A stretch of DNA of 64,000 nucleotides from Phoronis australis. Its lineage: Eukaryota; Animalia; Phoronida. A program made the translations under genes and the position numbers. Under the pieces are notes generated by a model, which ran no database searches, was not told where the DNA came from, and worked only from the letters and a program-made list of their open reading frames with translations. This document shows, one piece after another, positions 49,489 through 61,696 of this stretch (its first letter is position 1; the number at the start of each line of letters is the position of its first letter). The DNA is taken from NCBI GenBank assembly GCA_002633005.1, contig NMRA01000717.1, positions 87,496 to 151,495 of the forward strand, read 5' to 3'.

Positions 49489-49657
49489 TGCAATTTTGCC
49501 TCCTTTCCCCCACACGGCAACATTCTTCTTCCCATTGTATCCAGGTGGCAGCACTATAGCAGGATCATGTAGGGAGGCATACACGAGATGGCTCTGTAGG
49601 GCTGTGAAATGACCTAGACCTTTGTTGTATTGGCCGAGTTGATTCTTGTGCTCTAAT
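49489..49657 (-). CDS. QTRT2: QTRT2 exon
   Basis: LEHKNQLGQYNKGLGHF...VYASLHDPAIVLPPGYNGKKNVAVWGKGGKIA. Confidence 0.9.
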
Positions 49658-50010
49658 CTAAAATGGAAATATCATTTATTAAAACTCATTGCTATTTCTA
49701 TTGCAAAGTAAGAAGAAAGTTAAACTTTCACGGTAACGTGGAATTCTAGAAAGGTTCACAAAGAGACTACATGGGGCAAAAAATCATGCAGACAATGAAG
49801 TCATTTTATACGAGTAAGTGATAAAAATACAGAAGATGAAATACCAAACATTCCATTAAATTCAACACAGCACTGGTCATTGCTCAAAATCAAATAGGAA
49901 CCTGAAACGTCATGTAAACATGTGATTTGAGACGCTGTGTACTGCCGTCACATTCCTTCTAGACAGAATATGACATTACCTCTTCAAGCAAGCACTTTTA
50001 TTATACTTAC

Positions 50011-50092
50011 AACAAATTGAGAGGAAGGTGGGCACAAGAAGGCAATGAGCTAATGTGTGACAACATGTCCTGTGTCAAATAGGGGGCGCTAC
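50011..50092 (-). CDS. QTRT2: QTRT2 exon
   Basis: GSAPYLTQDMLSHISSLPSCAHLPLNLL (cf. recalled GSAPHLT). cag and GTAAGT boundaries; phases fit both neighbours. Confidence 0.87.
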
Positions 50093-50221
50093 CTGCAACA
50101 AAAAATAAAAGAAATATGGCATGGGAAGACAATGAGCTCTTGAGTGACAACGTGTCCATCATCAAATAGGGGACGCTGTTTCAAACAAAAACTAGCAAAT
50201 GATGGTGAGTTAGATGTTCAT

Positions 50222-50808
50222 AGGCTGGACCATACATGTATATCTTTTGGGTCCTACCCGGTCTCTTTTTCAGATTCCCGCCCTTCATTGTCCTGTGGTA
50301 ACCAGGTGAGACACCTATTGGCCATCAGATGTTTTATCCTTAGGGTGGAGCTTAGTTGTCCACCCCTAAGACAAAACATCTGGCTTCAAAAATGTGGTGT
50401 GAGCCACAAATTCATCTGTGCAGAATGCCCAGCATCATATTGGGGAAACTCAGTAATTTAGATAGAGTGAAGGAACACGGGCGAAAAAATCTTGGTACTC
50501 TCACAGTAGTGGTAGACCACTGTGTGTCAACCCTTCACAATATTACCCCAAATGATGTGACTATCCTGGCCAAGGACATATTCTGGAGCCGCATAATATG
50601 CGCGTCTGTCAAGACCAGGAGGGGGAAACCCTACCTTAATATGGATCGGAGGTATGACCTGTCTCTCATCTATAATTTCATAGCTTCATGTCACCACCAG
50701 TAGGTGTCTCACCTGGCTACCACGTGACGGGAGGGCGGGAAAGTTCGACACTAAAGAAGGGCTCGGGTAAGACCTGAAAGCTAATGCAATCCAAAGCTTG
50801 ACCAGACT
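50222..50808. mobile_element. MITE-like element with long imperfect terminal inverted repeats (~100 bp)
   Basis: GTCCTACCCG...TTCCCGCCCT...GTGGTAACCAGGTGAGACACCTATTGG versus CCAGTAGGTGTCTCACCTGGCTACCAC...AGGGCGGGAA...CGGGTAAGAC. Confidence 0.65.
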
Positions 50809-50868
50809 CCAAACAGGAGTCACATCATGAAATTCATTCCACCAAAAACTAGTGATATTAAATAGTGA

Positions 50869-51030
50869 TATCAAATAGTGATATTAAACAGTGATATTAA
50901 ACAGTGATATTAAACAGTGATATTAAACAGTGATATTAAACAGTGATATTAAACAGTGATATTAAACAGTGATATTAAATAGTGATATTAAATAGTGATA
51001 TTAAATAGTGATATTAAATAGTGATATCAA
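50869..51030. repeat. Minisatellite, 13-bp unit, ~12 copies
   Basis: YAGTGATATTAAA repeated. Confidence 0.93.
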
Positions 51031-51199
51031 AACAAGCAGATGGAAGTGTGAGCAGCAGACTATTCACAATCTGAGAGCAGGCAGAAGCTATAACAACAAT
51101 ACATTTGCAATTAACTTAACATTCAGGCATGCATCAAGTTTAGACCAGATGTGACAAAAACACAATAACCAAGTTGACCTGGACATAACCACACCTCAC

Positions 51200-51320
51200 C
51201 TTTCTTGGTATACACCATACACATGGGTGTAGTGAATACCTTGTCACCTTGGAGACCTGCTTCAGTAATAACACCCAATCTACAGCCGCCATTACGCACT
51301 TTAGTGATTGAGAATTTCAT
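51200..51320 (-). CDS. QTRT2: QTRT2 first coding exon
   Basis: MKFSITKVRNGGCRLGVI...TPMCMVYTKKG resembles the recalled MKLSLTKVVNGCRLG...PGCLLYTKTG. The acceptor lies just before the ATG; donor GTGAGG. Confidence 0.9.
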
Positions 51321-53266
51321 GCTGAAATGCAAAAAAAATTTGCTTGCAGATATTAATAGCAGAAGACATTTGCACCAGAATATATTTATAATACTAGAAG
51401 GCATTTATAGCACAGACATTTAAAAATACCAGATGACATTAAGAGATATTTATAGCAAGACATTTACTACAAAGTTTGCTTCAAGCACGAGCTGGAGGAG
51501 TTACATGTTGAATTAGTGAGAGTTCTCTACTGTACATGTAATCAAGAAGTGTTGTGAGAGAACAACAGAGTTTGATTGAACTGAAAAGTGATCCCTCAGT
51601 TCTCTAAGCAGTGTTGTGTCTTTCTTGTTCAAGGTGCGAGTCACACAAGACCTCTCTTAATACTGGCTCAATTGTGGTGAGAAGGAAAGCAGTTTCAATG
51701 CCAGCCAGCTAATTGCATGAAGACTACCGTCAAAATGTATCATTACGTTGCTCCCAACTTGTTCGATTGCATAGACCAACAACAAGTTGGGAAGATGACC
51801 TTGTAGCCAATATCTTACACAAGTGATTAACCCCATTCTGGCATTTATGGTTGGAGGGCCAGCTCTCTTTTGTTCAATAATTGCTCTAATCTCCAATAAG
51901 ATCATATCTAGCCTGACTGGGCCGAGGTGTTAAAAATAAAAGTTACGTTATAACATATTTGAACATTAACCAGTAGCATTTCTGAAATCCTCGTCAAAGG
52001 GTGATCATGTTTAGTTTTTGAATCACCTAAATCGCCCAACTACAACCGGAGGTAAGACAATTTATTCTTCCCGAACGTACCAAAATCGCTCTGGGTTTGA
52101 CTGTGTTCACAAGTGGTCTGTAATATGCCTGGTAGATAATTGGCCAGTCTGTTGTCATACCAGACAAAAGACTGTGCTTGGCAGTTAACAAAGAAGCTAA
52201 ATGTTATCACACACTCACAACCCTCTACCTCTGGTAAAGTCAGTGAACGGAAAAACGCCGTCATGTGGCTTTGCCACGCCAAGACTAGCAGTTTCAATGG
52301 GTAAAACATAGAAGTGCTAGTAAAAAGTCAACGCAGCAATCAAGTAATTTTGGGGAATACCTCAAAACCAGCAAAGCCAACAGCGCAGAGTGTACCTTGA
52401 GACCGTTCACAATTTCAATGGACTTTCAGTTGCTAGTAAAGGCAATAATCAGTGGCGGATTTGGGGGAGGGGCAAGAGAGCCATGTCCCCTCCAATTTCT
52501 CCCTAATTCCATTAGGTAGTTCGGGGGTGCGAATGTCTGAGGGCAAAATCATGGTTAATATTCACTTATGGCTCCCCTAACTCAAAATCCTGGGCCCTTC
52601 CCTCATAGTCATATTGCCGGTGTAATGTAGGATTATGGGTTTTCTCCACTGAATCACGCCTCACGGGCATCAAACTGGTTCTCAAAATACAGGCACGATG
52701 TATCCGACTATTGCCAGTAAACGCAATGATTTTGAACTTATGACTGTCACGCAGATACCACGCTCGACACTGGCCGCCACTAGCAAAGCCACGGAACTGA
52801 ACGTCGTGGTTGATGGACAATAAAGTGCCGGGTGGAGTGGATTTTCTCCAAGCCACCGTGGCGTCCTCCGTCTCCCTTTCTCGCTCTCTTTCTCTTTCTC
52901 TCTCAAGCTACATTTGTGTTTCACTAAGAGATCGGGTTCATTTTTTTGCATTAGAACATCAGCTAAAGAAGTTATTTTCTTGCAATACCTCCAAAAAGAG
53001 TTACAATTCAACACGAGCTTTGTGCCAGGAAGGAGAAAATTTCATTCGAACATGTTCATGTGAGGACGAGGATAGTAATTCTATTTTCTTCCGTAAAGAG
53101 CAGTAGGGAACCTCCTTTTGCTCAATGTCTTGTGTAACTGCTGGCTCTTCAACGTGGCACAAATATAGGAACCTGACTGGTAAATATATAAAATACAACT
53201 AGATATATTATTTCTCACTCATTTATGAATAAAGATAGCATGTTCTTACAATCTTTATACGCGAAA

Positions 53267-53490
53267 ACTCACCCATTGATTTTATGCAAGTAACGATCCT
53301 AAAGGAAGTGACGTCAGTTTTCAAAATACATTTGCATATTTTGTCGTTGCTCGCCATTTTTGTGTCTTCTACGGGATTCTGACAGCTTCCCCAATCGTTA
53401 TTAATCGTCAGCATCCTACATTTACGAGTATTTATTAGGACAGTACATTGTTCTTAAGTAATCACCCATTGGAACGGACCGAGGTAAGTC
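53267..53490. promoter_or_regulatory. Putative bidirectional promoter and non-coding first exons of QTRT2 (minus) and PRRC2 (plus)
   Basis: Outward-facing strong donors (minus G|GTGAGT at 53272, plus G|GTAAGT at 53484) enclose GGAAGTG (ETS-like), TGACGTCA (CRE) and minus-strand AAAATGGCG (YY1-like). Confidence 0.5.
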
Positions 53491-53967
53491 ACCAAATGTG
53501 AAAATGCGTTTGAATTTTTTTATGCTTTTAACTACGCAATCGGCTTCCTTTTTCTTCTGAATATCTAATGACCTTATTGACCCATAATTTCATACTCAGT
53601 GTGTTCCTTTGTGCTACCCCAATCGACGCCTACTGTTAGATGAGCGAAGGAAGGTGTGGATCATCTTTGCCTCAAGTCAAATGCAAGTAATTAAATAACT
53701 GAGTGAGTGGCGATGTCTCAATGGCAGGGGGTCTTATGAATTGATTCGCAGTTCTCGTTGGACGAGTTTAACTTGCGAAAAACTTAACAACAGCGAAATA
53801 ACTTTTATTTAAGGTTTCTCTTCTGATGAGGAATTTTGCTGCCTATCGTTGGCCATTCTGTAACACACATCCACTGAACGGGTCCGTTATTCAATGACAA
53901 TGACACCTTGGTTCTTAAAATAGGATCCGCTGCTGGGACTGCGATGTGTTCTCCACTCATGCCAGTT

Positions 53968-54715
53968 CAGGCAACACGTAGTCCTAGCCCCTCGGTTGGC
54001 CACCCGCGGCATTGAGGGCGATGTTATTACTTAATGCCAGTTTAGGCAATTCCATCGCCATGGATGCCGCAGGCATACAGGGGCGATAGTACATCTTCAC
54101 AAAAATGCACATGAAGTTATAAACAATTCATATCATAATGATTCAGTCTAGATAAATTGAACAAATTGGTGAAAGTCTGTCGAGGTTTGCTCTAGTTTCT
54201 CTTCCCGGTTGCCATTTTGAAGAAGTTGCATGAAATCACGCATGTTGACAAATAAAAAGCCCAAGGGCACAGATCTTACAAATTTCACCTGTTACCTTCT
54301 CGTGCTATTTTGCAAGTGTCACGTGCTAGTGTTCCGCGTTTCGCTCAATTTTGCGCTAGCCTTTGCCTAACTCACGTGACTCAGTTGACATACTTTGTGG
54401 TTATCGCGCATGGTGAAAAAGTTGACGACAACCAAAAAAGTGGAATTGGAATTCTTCGCCAAAGTCAATTTAATTCTCACAACTACGCTTCATCAAAGAT
54501 ATGTATAGAAGTAGAAAAGACCAATGATGAAATTAAGCGTTTTTTTAAATGATAGTTTTAAGTGTGGAATGTATTTTTTGACAAGGTGAAAACTCAAAAT
54601 CGGTGGCCGTTTTGGTCTTTCTCCTGTTTAAAATACATGTAACGAAATGCGCACAGAAAGCGAATGTAAGTATTGTAGCCCCTAAATGGCCAACCGAGGG
54701 GCTACGTGTTGCCTA
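53968..54715. mobile_element. Non-autonomous DNA transposon (Mutator-like, 9-bp TSD)
   Basis: TIRs AGGCAACACGTAG..CCCCTCGGTTGGCCA / TGGCCAACCGAGGGGCTACGTGTTGCCT. Flanking direct repeat ATGCCAGTT at 53959-53967 and 54716-54724. Confidence 0.75.
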
Positions 54716-56281
54716 ATGCCAGTTACCCTGATTTCCAGTACCAGTCAATCACTGGACAACTGGATATCACCTGGGCTCAGTTGCATAAAGTTATACGCCA
54801 TTTAGCAAGATGTCGCATTATCACGTGTCACGTTCTTATTGTTGAGCAATGCACCTGACGTCATGCAACAATCAAACTTGTCTTTCCAACTCGAACAATT
54901 ACTAACGTTATCATACATTTTCTTTGAGCAATCCCTTGTACAGTTCCCAATGTCAGTAAAACCAGTTTTAACACTGCAGCAGGTGGGTATGACGTCATAT
55001 CCCCCGACGTGCCCTCAGTGAAAGTGGCGAGTTAGCGATTTTGGGAACTGAACAAGGGACTGCTCAAACAAAAAGTTAGAGTATTTGTTTAAGTGAGAGT
55101 AGAGATGATTATCACTGTCTAGTATTCTATATGTCTAAATCATCTGAGAACCATATAGGGCTCCAGTTACTGGTTATGTTTATCCCCAGATGTATGTCAA
55201 AACTGAACCTTACAATTAAGTTTTGTTATTATCTTGCTGCTTAAGTGGTGATCTTGAAACCCTCCAATGTCTGCATAAAGGAAATGTGTGTGTGAAATTG
55301 TGAATAAAGTTTTAGCAATTACCCGCTCCCTCTCTGTATTTCTACCTGTGGGATCAGATAGGGGTTAGATATTTTTGTCAGTAAAACCCAAGATTTATCA
55401 GCAGATATCACTGGTATTCATGTTTGAATCAGAAATTTTGCTATTTCCTCTAGGTGTTGGACATTTGTACTGATGTGTCAAACTCTGTCAGGACATTCTG
55501 AAAATCAGCTTTGCCATAGGAGGAGGGGTTCATATAGGATTCCTGAACAGCATTAGGTGCAGAGTACACGCTGACACATAGAGGGTCGTGATGCTATTGT
55601 ACGACCGTGACGAGCCGACCTCAGTTTGATGTAACATGATGAGATAACAGTGACATGGTTGACTCTGATTTGTAATTCGACTCGTTTGGATACTACCATT
55701 TTAAATCAAATCACTCTCCTGTGTTTCTGAGGTTTTGCTCCATGATAGGGGGAATGAAAGGGAAGTTGAAGGCCTCAGGAAAAGTTAGCCTATTTTATTA
55801 GCACCCAATCAGCGTGCTCCTGGATTGCTCTGCCTCTAAAGTTACTGTTTTTAATTGATTTGATGATACCTGGGATTATGTGAGTGTTCTGTCGAGCATA
55901 TTGGTTGACATGTATGGTGAAAGCTGTTGGAGACGCTTTGCTGTGGATGTTGAATGAGGAGAACCTAGGTTTTTGTTTGGCTTAACATGATTACCTTGAG
56001 AGTACTTCTGTCTGTAAAACTCCTGCCTACAATGTAGGTTATCATGGCTTAATGCCTCTTGTCTAGACTACATAGGATATACCTGGTTGAAAGTAGTAGA
56101 ATATCCATCTGCAGACTACAGATGTCAGTTGATTTGTACTTGCTGCTCGTCTCTACTTGCCAGTAGAGGTCACATCTCCGGGTAGTAGTTGTCTCTCCAC
56201 AAAGATTTATAAGTTGTTGCCAGCAGCGTTGACACCACATGAGCATGTCCGATAAGGGGACCATGATGCAGGCATTCAAAG

Positions 56282-56360
56282 TGGGTCCACCCAAAATGGG
56301 TCCACCCAAAATGGGTCCACCCAAAATGGGTCCACCCAAAATGGGTCCACCCAAAATGGG
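56282..56360. repeat. 15-bp minisatellite x5 (a 19-bp x4 repeat lies at 56538-56617)
   Basis: TGGGTCCACCCAAAA repeated; TGTGTTGCATACACTGGAC repeated. Confidence 0.92.
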
Positions 56361-57104
56361 TTTCCCAGTTTCACAAGCCATCCATGTGACCAATGACATG
56401 ACCCCAAGTGAAATTTCTGTTACAGTGCGGTATGTTACTGTGGATACCTAGTTCTGTAATGAAGTTTTTCTAATCTAATATCATTTCACGTATAAATTTT
56501 GAGTTGGGGTGTCCATTGGTATGCCCTGGACACAGGCCTGTGTTGCATACACTGGACTGTGTTGCATACACTGGACTGTGTTGCATACACTGGACTGTGT
56601 TGCATACACTGGACTGATGGGAAGGCATGTTGAGATCACCTACTAGAGCTCTATGTTTTCAATTAACTATATGTTCACCTGTGTTAAGGTTCTACCCTAT
56701 CACCTCTCACAGATATACTGGCTTATGTGTATGCATGTCTGTGTCTGTATGTGTGTCTGTCCCCAGATTGTTGAACACACTTGACCGTCTACTTGTCTAT
56801 TCTATAGGCAGTTAGCGTGTTACTTTGGGGAATGAATGCCTTGAACATGTAGCTTTATAATAAATCTTCCAACAATTTTGACTTGTTGCATATGTTTTCA
56901 AGCACAGAGTAAATAAATGTGACTTTCAATTCAATCTATCAACTGTCAAAATGTGTATATTAGGCAAAGTGTCTATTACTTCCAGTTGCGTATACTGTGT
57001 TGTTTAACTTTAAATGAATTCATTTTACCACGTGTTTCTCTTTAGGTATTACCGGACCGTTCTCGGGAACTTAGGCACGCATTGTCAATGGTATCTCCGG
57101 CAAG

Positions 57105-57222
57105 ATGTCGACTGCTTCGGGGCTAGGCGGCGGAAAGGGGGACAAGTCGAAGTCGAAGTACACAACAATAAATATCAATACGATATACAAGGGCAAGAGT
57201 GTAGAGACTCAAAAAACTACGA
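57105..57222 (+). CDS. PRRC2: PRRC2 (BAT2 family) first coding exon; the exon begins at ~57046
   Basis: MSTASGLGGGKGDKSKSKYTTININTIYKGKSVETQKTT matches the BAT2_N start (KY.SLNLF.TYKGKSLE.QK); donor GTAAGT. Confidence 0.88.
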
Positions 57223-57813
57223 GTAAGTACAAGACATAGACAGAGTGAGTACCTTACTGAGTCATGTGGTCACGTCATGTGAACTAGCAACTACTAGTCA
57301 ACAAGATAACTTTAGCAACTGGGTCTGAATGTTCGGTGTAGACGTTCTAGTCTTCTTAGCAAAACAATTGGTAAAACATGTCGGCTTGGACTGGAGTTTT
57401 TTTTTCCTTAATAGTATACTTTTTCAGGGATATTCTTGGATTGCACCTTTGCACATGAAAAGTAACAAGCACAAGTACATTGCGACAGTGCAAAAATGGC
57501 AAGATTGTAGTCCACGTAAAGCCAATTGGGTAACACATCACTCTCTGTTCTTATTGGGATTGTCCTTGGGGTTTCTGCTGTATGTGTTGCAACTTTTTGA
57601 AATAAGGCACACTTGTTATCATCAGGTGTGCCCATAGAGCACTGGTCAGGAATAACCCTGAGTGTGTTAACTCGAGTGTTAAAGCATAGTATTCTGCCAA
57701 ATTACTATTCTGTTTATTGGTACCTGGTAGCACTAAAGTTTAGAAATGGGAACATTCCCAACTTGGACGGAGTTTGGAAAATACAAGGCCACAATATGAT
57801 GACAGTATTTGTC

Positions 57814-58228
57814 CTGGGCCCGGTCTCCAATCTTTTTACTCGAAATAGAACTCGAAATTAGGGTTGGCATTTTCTACTCTACTTTTGGGCGAACTCAAGA
57901 TAAGTGTCTATTATTCTATGCTCGAGTACACAATAACTTACATATATAATTTATTGCCCTTAGTTCACAGTTTGTAAACCCAATATTAAAGTAAATATTA
58001 AAGTAAGTTCGAATTTGAACTCGAAATTTCGAGTTTTTACTCGGGTTTGTACTACGAATAGAAGGGTCTTCAAGGGCAAACTTGAACTAGAAACTCCTAT
58101 GCATAAACCCTAATGTATTCGAGCACAGTCTGTAACCAATTATCTTAAGTTTGCACAAAAGGAGCAGAGAAATTGCCAACAATAGTTTCAAGTTCGTTTC
58201 GAGTACAAAGATTAGAGACCGGGCCCAG
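57814..58228. mobile_element. MITE, PIF/Harbinger-like
   Basis: ~45-bp TIRs GGGCCCGGTCTCCAATCTTTTTACTCGAAA / TTTCGAGTACAAAGATTAGAGACCGGGCCC. Confidence 0.8.
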
Positions 58229-58682
58229 AGGGCTCTCCTGTCTCTGTCAACTCATGGTACCTAATGGTATACTCAGTTTGCCTACTGTGGCCAGCATTCT
58301 ACATGACAAAAATAAAATAGTCTGTATTGTCAGGTGTAGTGATCAGCTGATTTTGGGGGCTCTGTAGACTTGAGAACCTTGACAAAACACATGACTTGTC
58401 CAGATGACATGTGTTTCAAGTGAAGAATGTGAACATTATGGCTTCAGATGTTAGTGTAGTCAGTAGTCAGTCCTCCATTGTGGTGTTGTCTCAGTGGATC
58501 TAGTATCTTTCAAGCACAGTTGCCTTCAATATTGATGATGTTTAGGATTAGTGCGACGTCAGACAGTGGACTGTCTGTTGAAGTACTGTTCATGATTAGC
58601 TTGTTACAGTAATGATTGTACTGAGGATAGCTGAATAGAAACTGTCACTGGCTATATCACAATGTACAGTCTCGGTTCAGTT

Positions 58683-58930
58683 CAGGGCTTGGAATTTTAC
58701 TCTTTTATTAAGAGGATTTCCTGTTTTGTGTTTTCGATTTTCTTTTATTTTCAGTTTCCTCTTTTTCATCTCTTTTAATCATTATTCTCACTTCATTCGT
58801 GTAAAAACATTATTTCAGTTAAAGTTTACAACCCAAAAAATATACCTATCACACAAGCCCATTCATTCGTAGAACGATACATCACCTGGAAGTTTTTCCT
58901 CTGTTTTATCATTGGTCATTCCAAGCCCTG
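58683..58930. mobile_element. MITE with CAGGG termini (hAT-like)
   Basis: TIRs CAGGGCTTGGAAT / ATTCCAAGCCCTG; no clear TSD. A related end CAAGGCTTGGAATTTT occurs at ~63502. Confidence 0.6.
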
Positions 58931-60293
58931 TCAATTGGTCAATCATTGAAATGTTTTGCGGAAGAGTAGACTTGTGAAGTTTTTTCCTCAACTTTGTTCA
59001 AGTGCTCTCCATCACTGGCTTTGGTTCGTGACTGCGTTGAATTTGCTGCGACCATCATGTGCGTGTGCGTGAGTGTGTGTGTGTGTGTGCAGTGAACTGG
59101 CAGTTATGTATCTCTGGAGGTCCCACTTAGTGAGCTGTCTTTAAAGACTTAGTTGTTGCATGTACACAATGTAGAATGGCTTGCAAAGGTCAGGTTTAGA
59201 AGGATGACCTGGCACAATAGTACAGGCACTTGGATAGTAGCTTGTGCTTGTCCTATTAATAACTGAGACTGGTATCACAGCACTAAGCAAGTGGACATGG
59301 CATTTTAGAAGGCTTTACATTTTACATGGTTATTCATTTTGGTTTGCACTGGTCACAGTGTTGAGCTGTGTTATATAGTACCAGGTCCTGCCATTCAGGT
59401 CCAGTTCTCTTTGTTCCATTGTTTGGTGTCTACTCAGTGTGTGAGTGTTGAACAGATGGTCTTGTGAGTGATCAAATAATCAATATGTAGACCAGTCATG
59501 CCTGGTGTTCTTATGTCAGTGCTTGTCTCTCCCCTATTGTCTGTAAGATGTCTACATGTCTGGTCTGTTGTGGTTAGCCCTAATGTTGACCTATCATATT
59601 TACACTGGTCAACCCAACTGTTGGTGGTATGTATGGCAGGTGAAGGTCACCACAGCTCAGCTGACTGCCTCAAGTGAAGTTTACCTGTCCTTGTCACCTC
59701 CAGAGTGATAACATGTTCACTGACCTGTGAACCACAGTACTGTAGTAGATATGTGGTTATAATTAGGCAGTAAAAAAGGTTCTTGTTGTCTATATGATGT
59801 AATTATTGGCTGTTGAGTTTAGGTAGTTTGCACTGTAATCACCTTGTCCACATGCTGTAAGGATTATCCTCAGGTAAAAGAGATGCGGCCTGTGTGTTAA
59901 TGTTGCCCTCTGCCTGTCCTGCCTTTCGTGTTCTTTTTTGTGGTAGGATGTTGAGGATCCATAAATGTTTACGCAACATTCTAAATGTGGTCACACAACT
60001 TTAACCTCAAAATTGTATGCAGCAAGCACAGAAGTGTTGGTTCTGTGTATGCAGTACTCTTTTGTCTTGAGTTTCTGCACGGTCTAGTGATGAACCATAT
60101 AGATATGATTGTCAGGGATCTGGTGATTGTAGTTATAGGTCATATTGTTAATTAATAGAAGAACGAAATTGATCAACATGGGACACTTTAAATGTCATTG
60201 TCTAGGTTTTTGATAAATAATGAAATTGCTTTTCCAGTGATAATGCTAAAGGAAAGCACAGGTTCGTATTCTAGTGGTCAGTGATCTCTTTAA

Positions 60294-60605
<312 letters not shown>

Positions 60606-60805
60606 TAATTTTCAAACTGATGCTTCTGTCCCTAAAAATGTGGGGGTTGTGTTGACGGTTTTGAAACGCGTTGCAATGTTTAGTCGTAAATAACCGTTAA
60701 GTAACGGTGACTGCGGTATTTTGTATTTCATAATGGCTTATGCTGAACATGATGTCTCACTTGTCTTTTTCCTCCATATTTGTAAAGTTACTGTTATGAC
60801 TTCAG

Positions 60806-60992
60806 AAAGAAGAGAAGAAAAAGGAAGAGGTGGGTGGTGGACAGCCGCCAGTGTCGCAGCCGCGGCCGGGCACCACGCCGCCCTCTGTCAGCGATGGGGG
60901 CAATCAACAGCAACAGCAACAGCAGCAGCAGCAGCAACAACAGGGGGCAGTCAAGTCATGGAGCAGTGTGACCATGGGCAGTACTACACAAA
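60806..60992 (+). CDS. PRRC2: PRRC2 exon with polyQ
   Basis: KEEKKKEE...GGN-Q13-GAVKSWSSVT; phases fit both neighbours. Confidence 0.85.
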
Positions 60993-61537
60993 GTTAGTAT
61001 CTCACTGGGGTTGAGCTCTTTTTGTGCGCGTGTTTGTGTGCAGTCTATTGTTACTACCATGCTTTGAAACTTTGTAAATTATTTAAGAAACTCGGTGCTT
61101 TGGAGCTTCACAGACATTGAGAATGTGTGTACGTGTTCAGCAGTCACTGTTTTACTAGTGAGATTTTAGATAAAAGCAAAATATTGATGTCCTTTAAAAG
61201 CAATAGGGCGAGGTGATTGGCGATGGTATGGTTCTTGGCATTCTTCCACTCAGTAATCAAAGTGCTTCTAGCATGTTAGGGAAAACCTGAAAAGTTACTA
61301 ATAAAGTCACAGAAAATGAAAGTTGGTTGGAAACTTGGGTAATTTTATGGGATGAATGTGCACTTAGTTCTTCCTAAGACACCATCGTTAAGAAAAAGTA
61401 CTGTTAGTCTACTTTTTGTGGGAAAATTGCTGAAAATGAATGTTGTATCCTAGAAACCTCTCTCGAAATGAAACCTAAGAAGTGGGAGCCAATGTGAGTC
61501 AAACTGTTGTTGTGATTGTGACTCTTTCGTGTTGTAG

Positions 61538-61696
61538 CAAAATTTGTCGGACAAGAATCACCTTACTTTCAACAAGAATTCCCCAGTCTGGCGACATCTG
61601 GCGGCGACGACAAAACACAGCCGTCAACGGCTGCGCAGAAGAAGGACGACGGAAAAGACACGGCCTACGGGCCTGGGCCAAGCTTAAGGCCTCAGA
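61538..61696 (+). CDS. PRRC2: PRRC2 exon
   Basis: FQQEFPSLA...AYGPGPSLRPQ, conserved in PRRC2 proteins. Confidence 0.92.

Noticed and set aside
55636-55668. Box C (ATGATGA) and box D (CTGA) in a PRRC2 intron suggesting a snoRNA
   Set aside because: The boxes are only ~30 nt apart, with no terminal stem or recognisable rRNA antisense element.
56239-56451. ORF with (GPPKM)n peptide repeats
   Set aside because: It is a product of an intronic 15-bp minisatellite.
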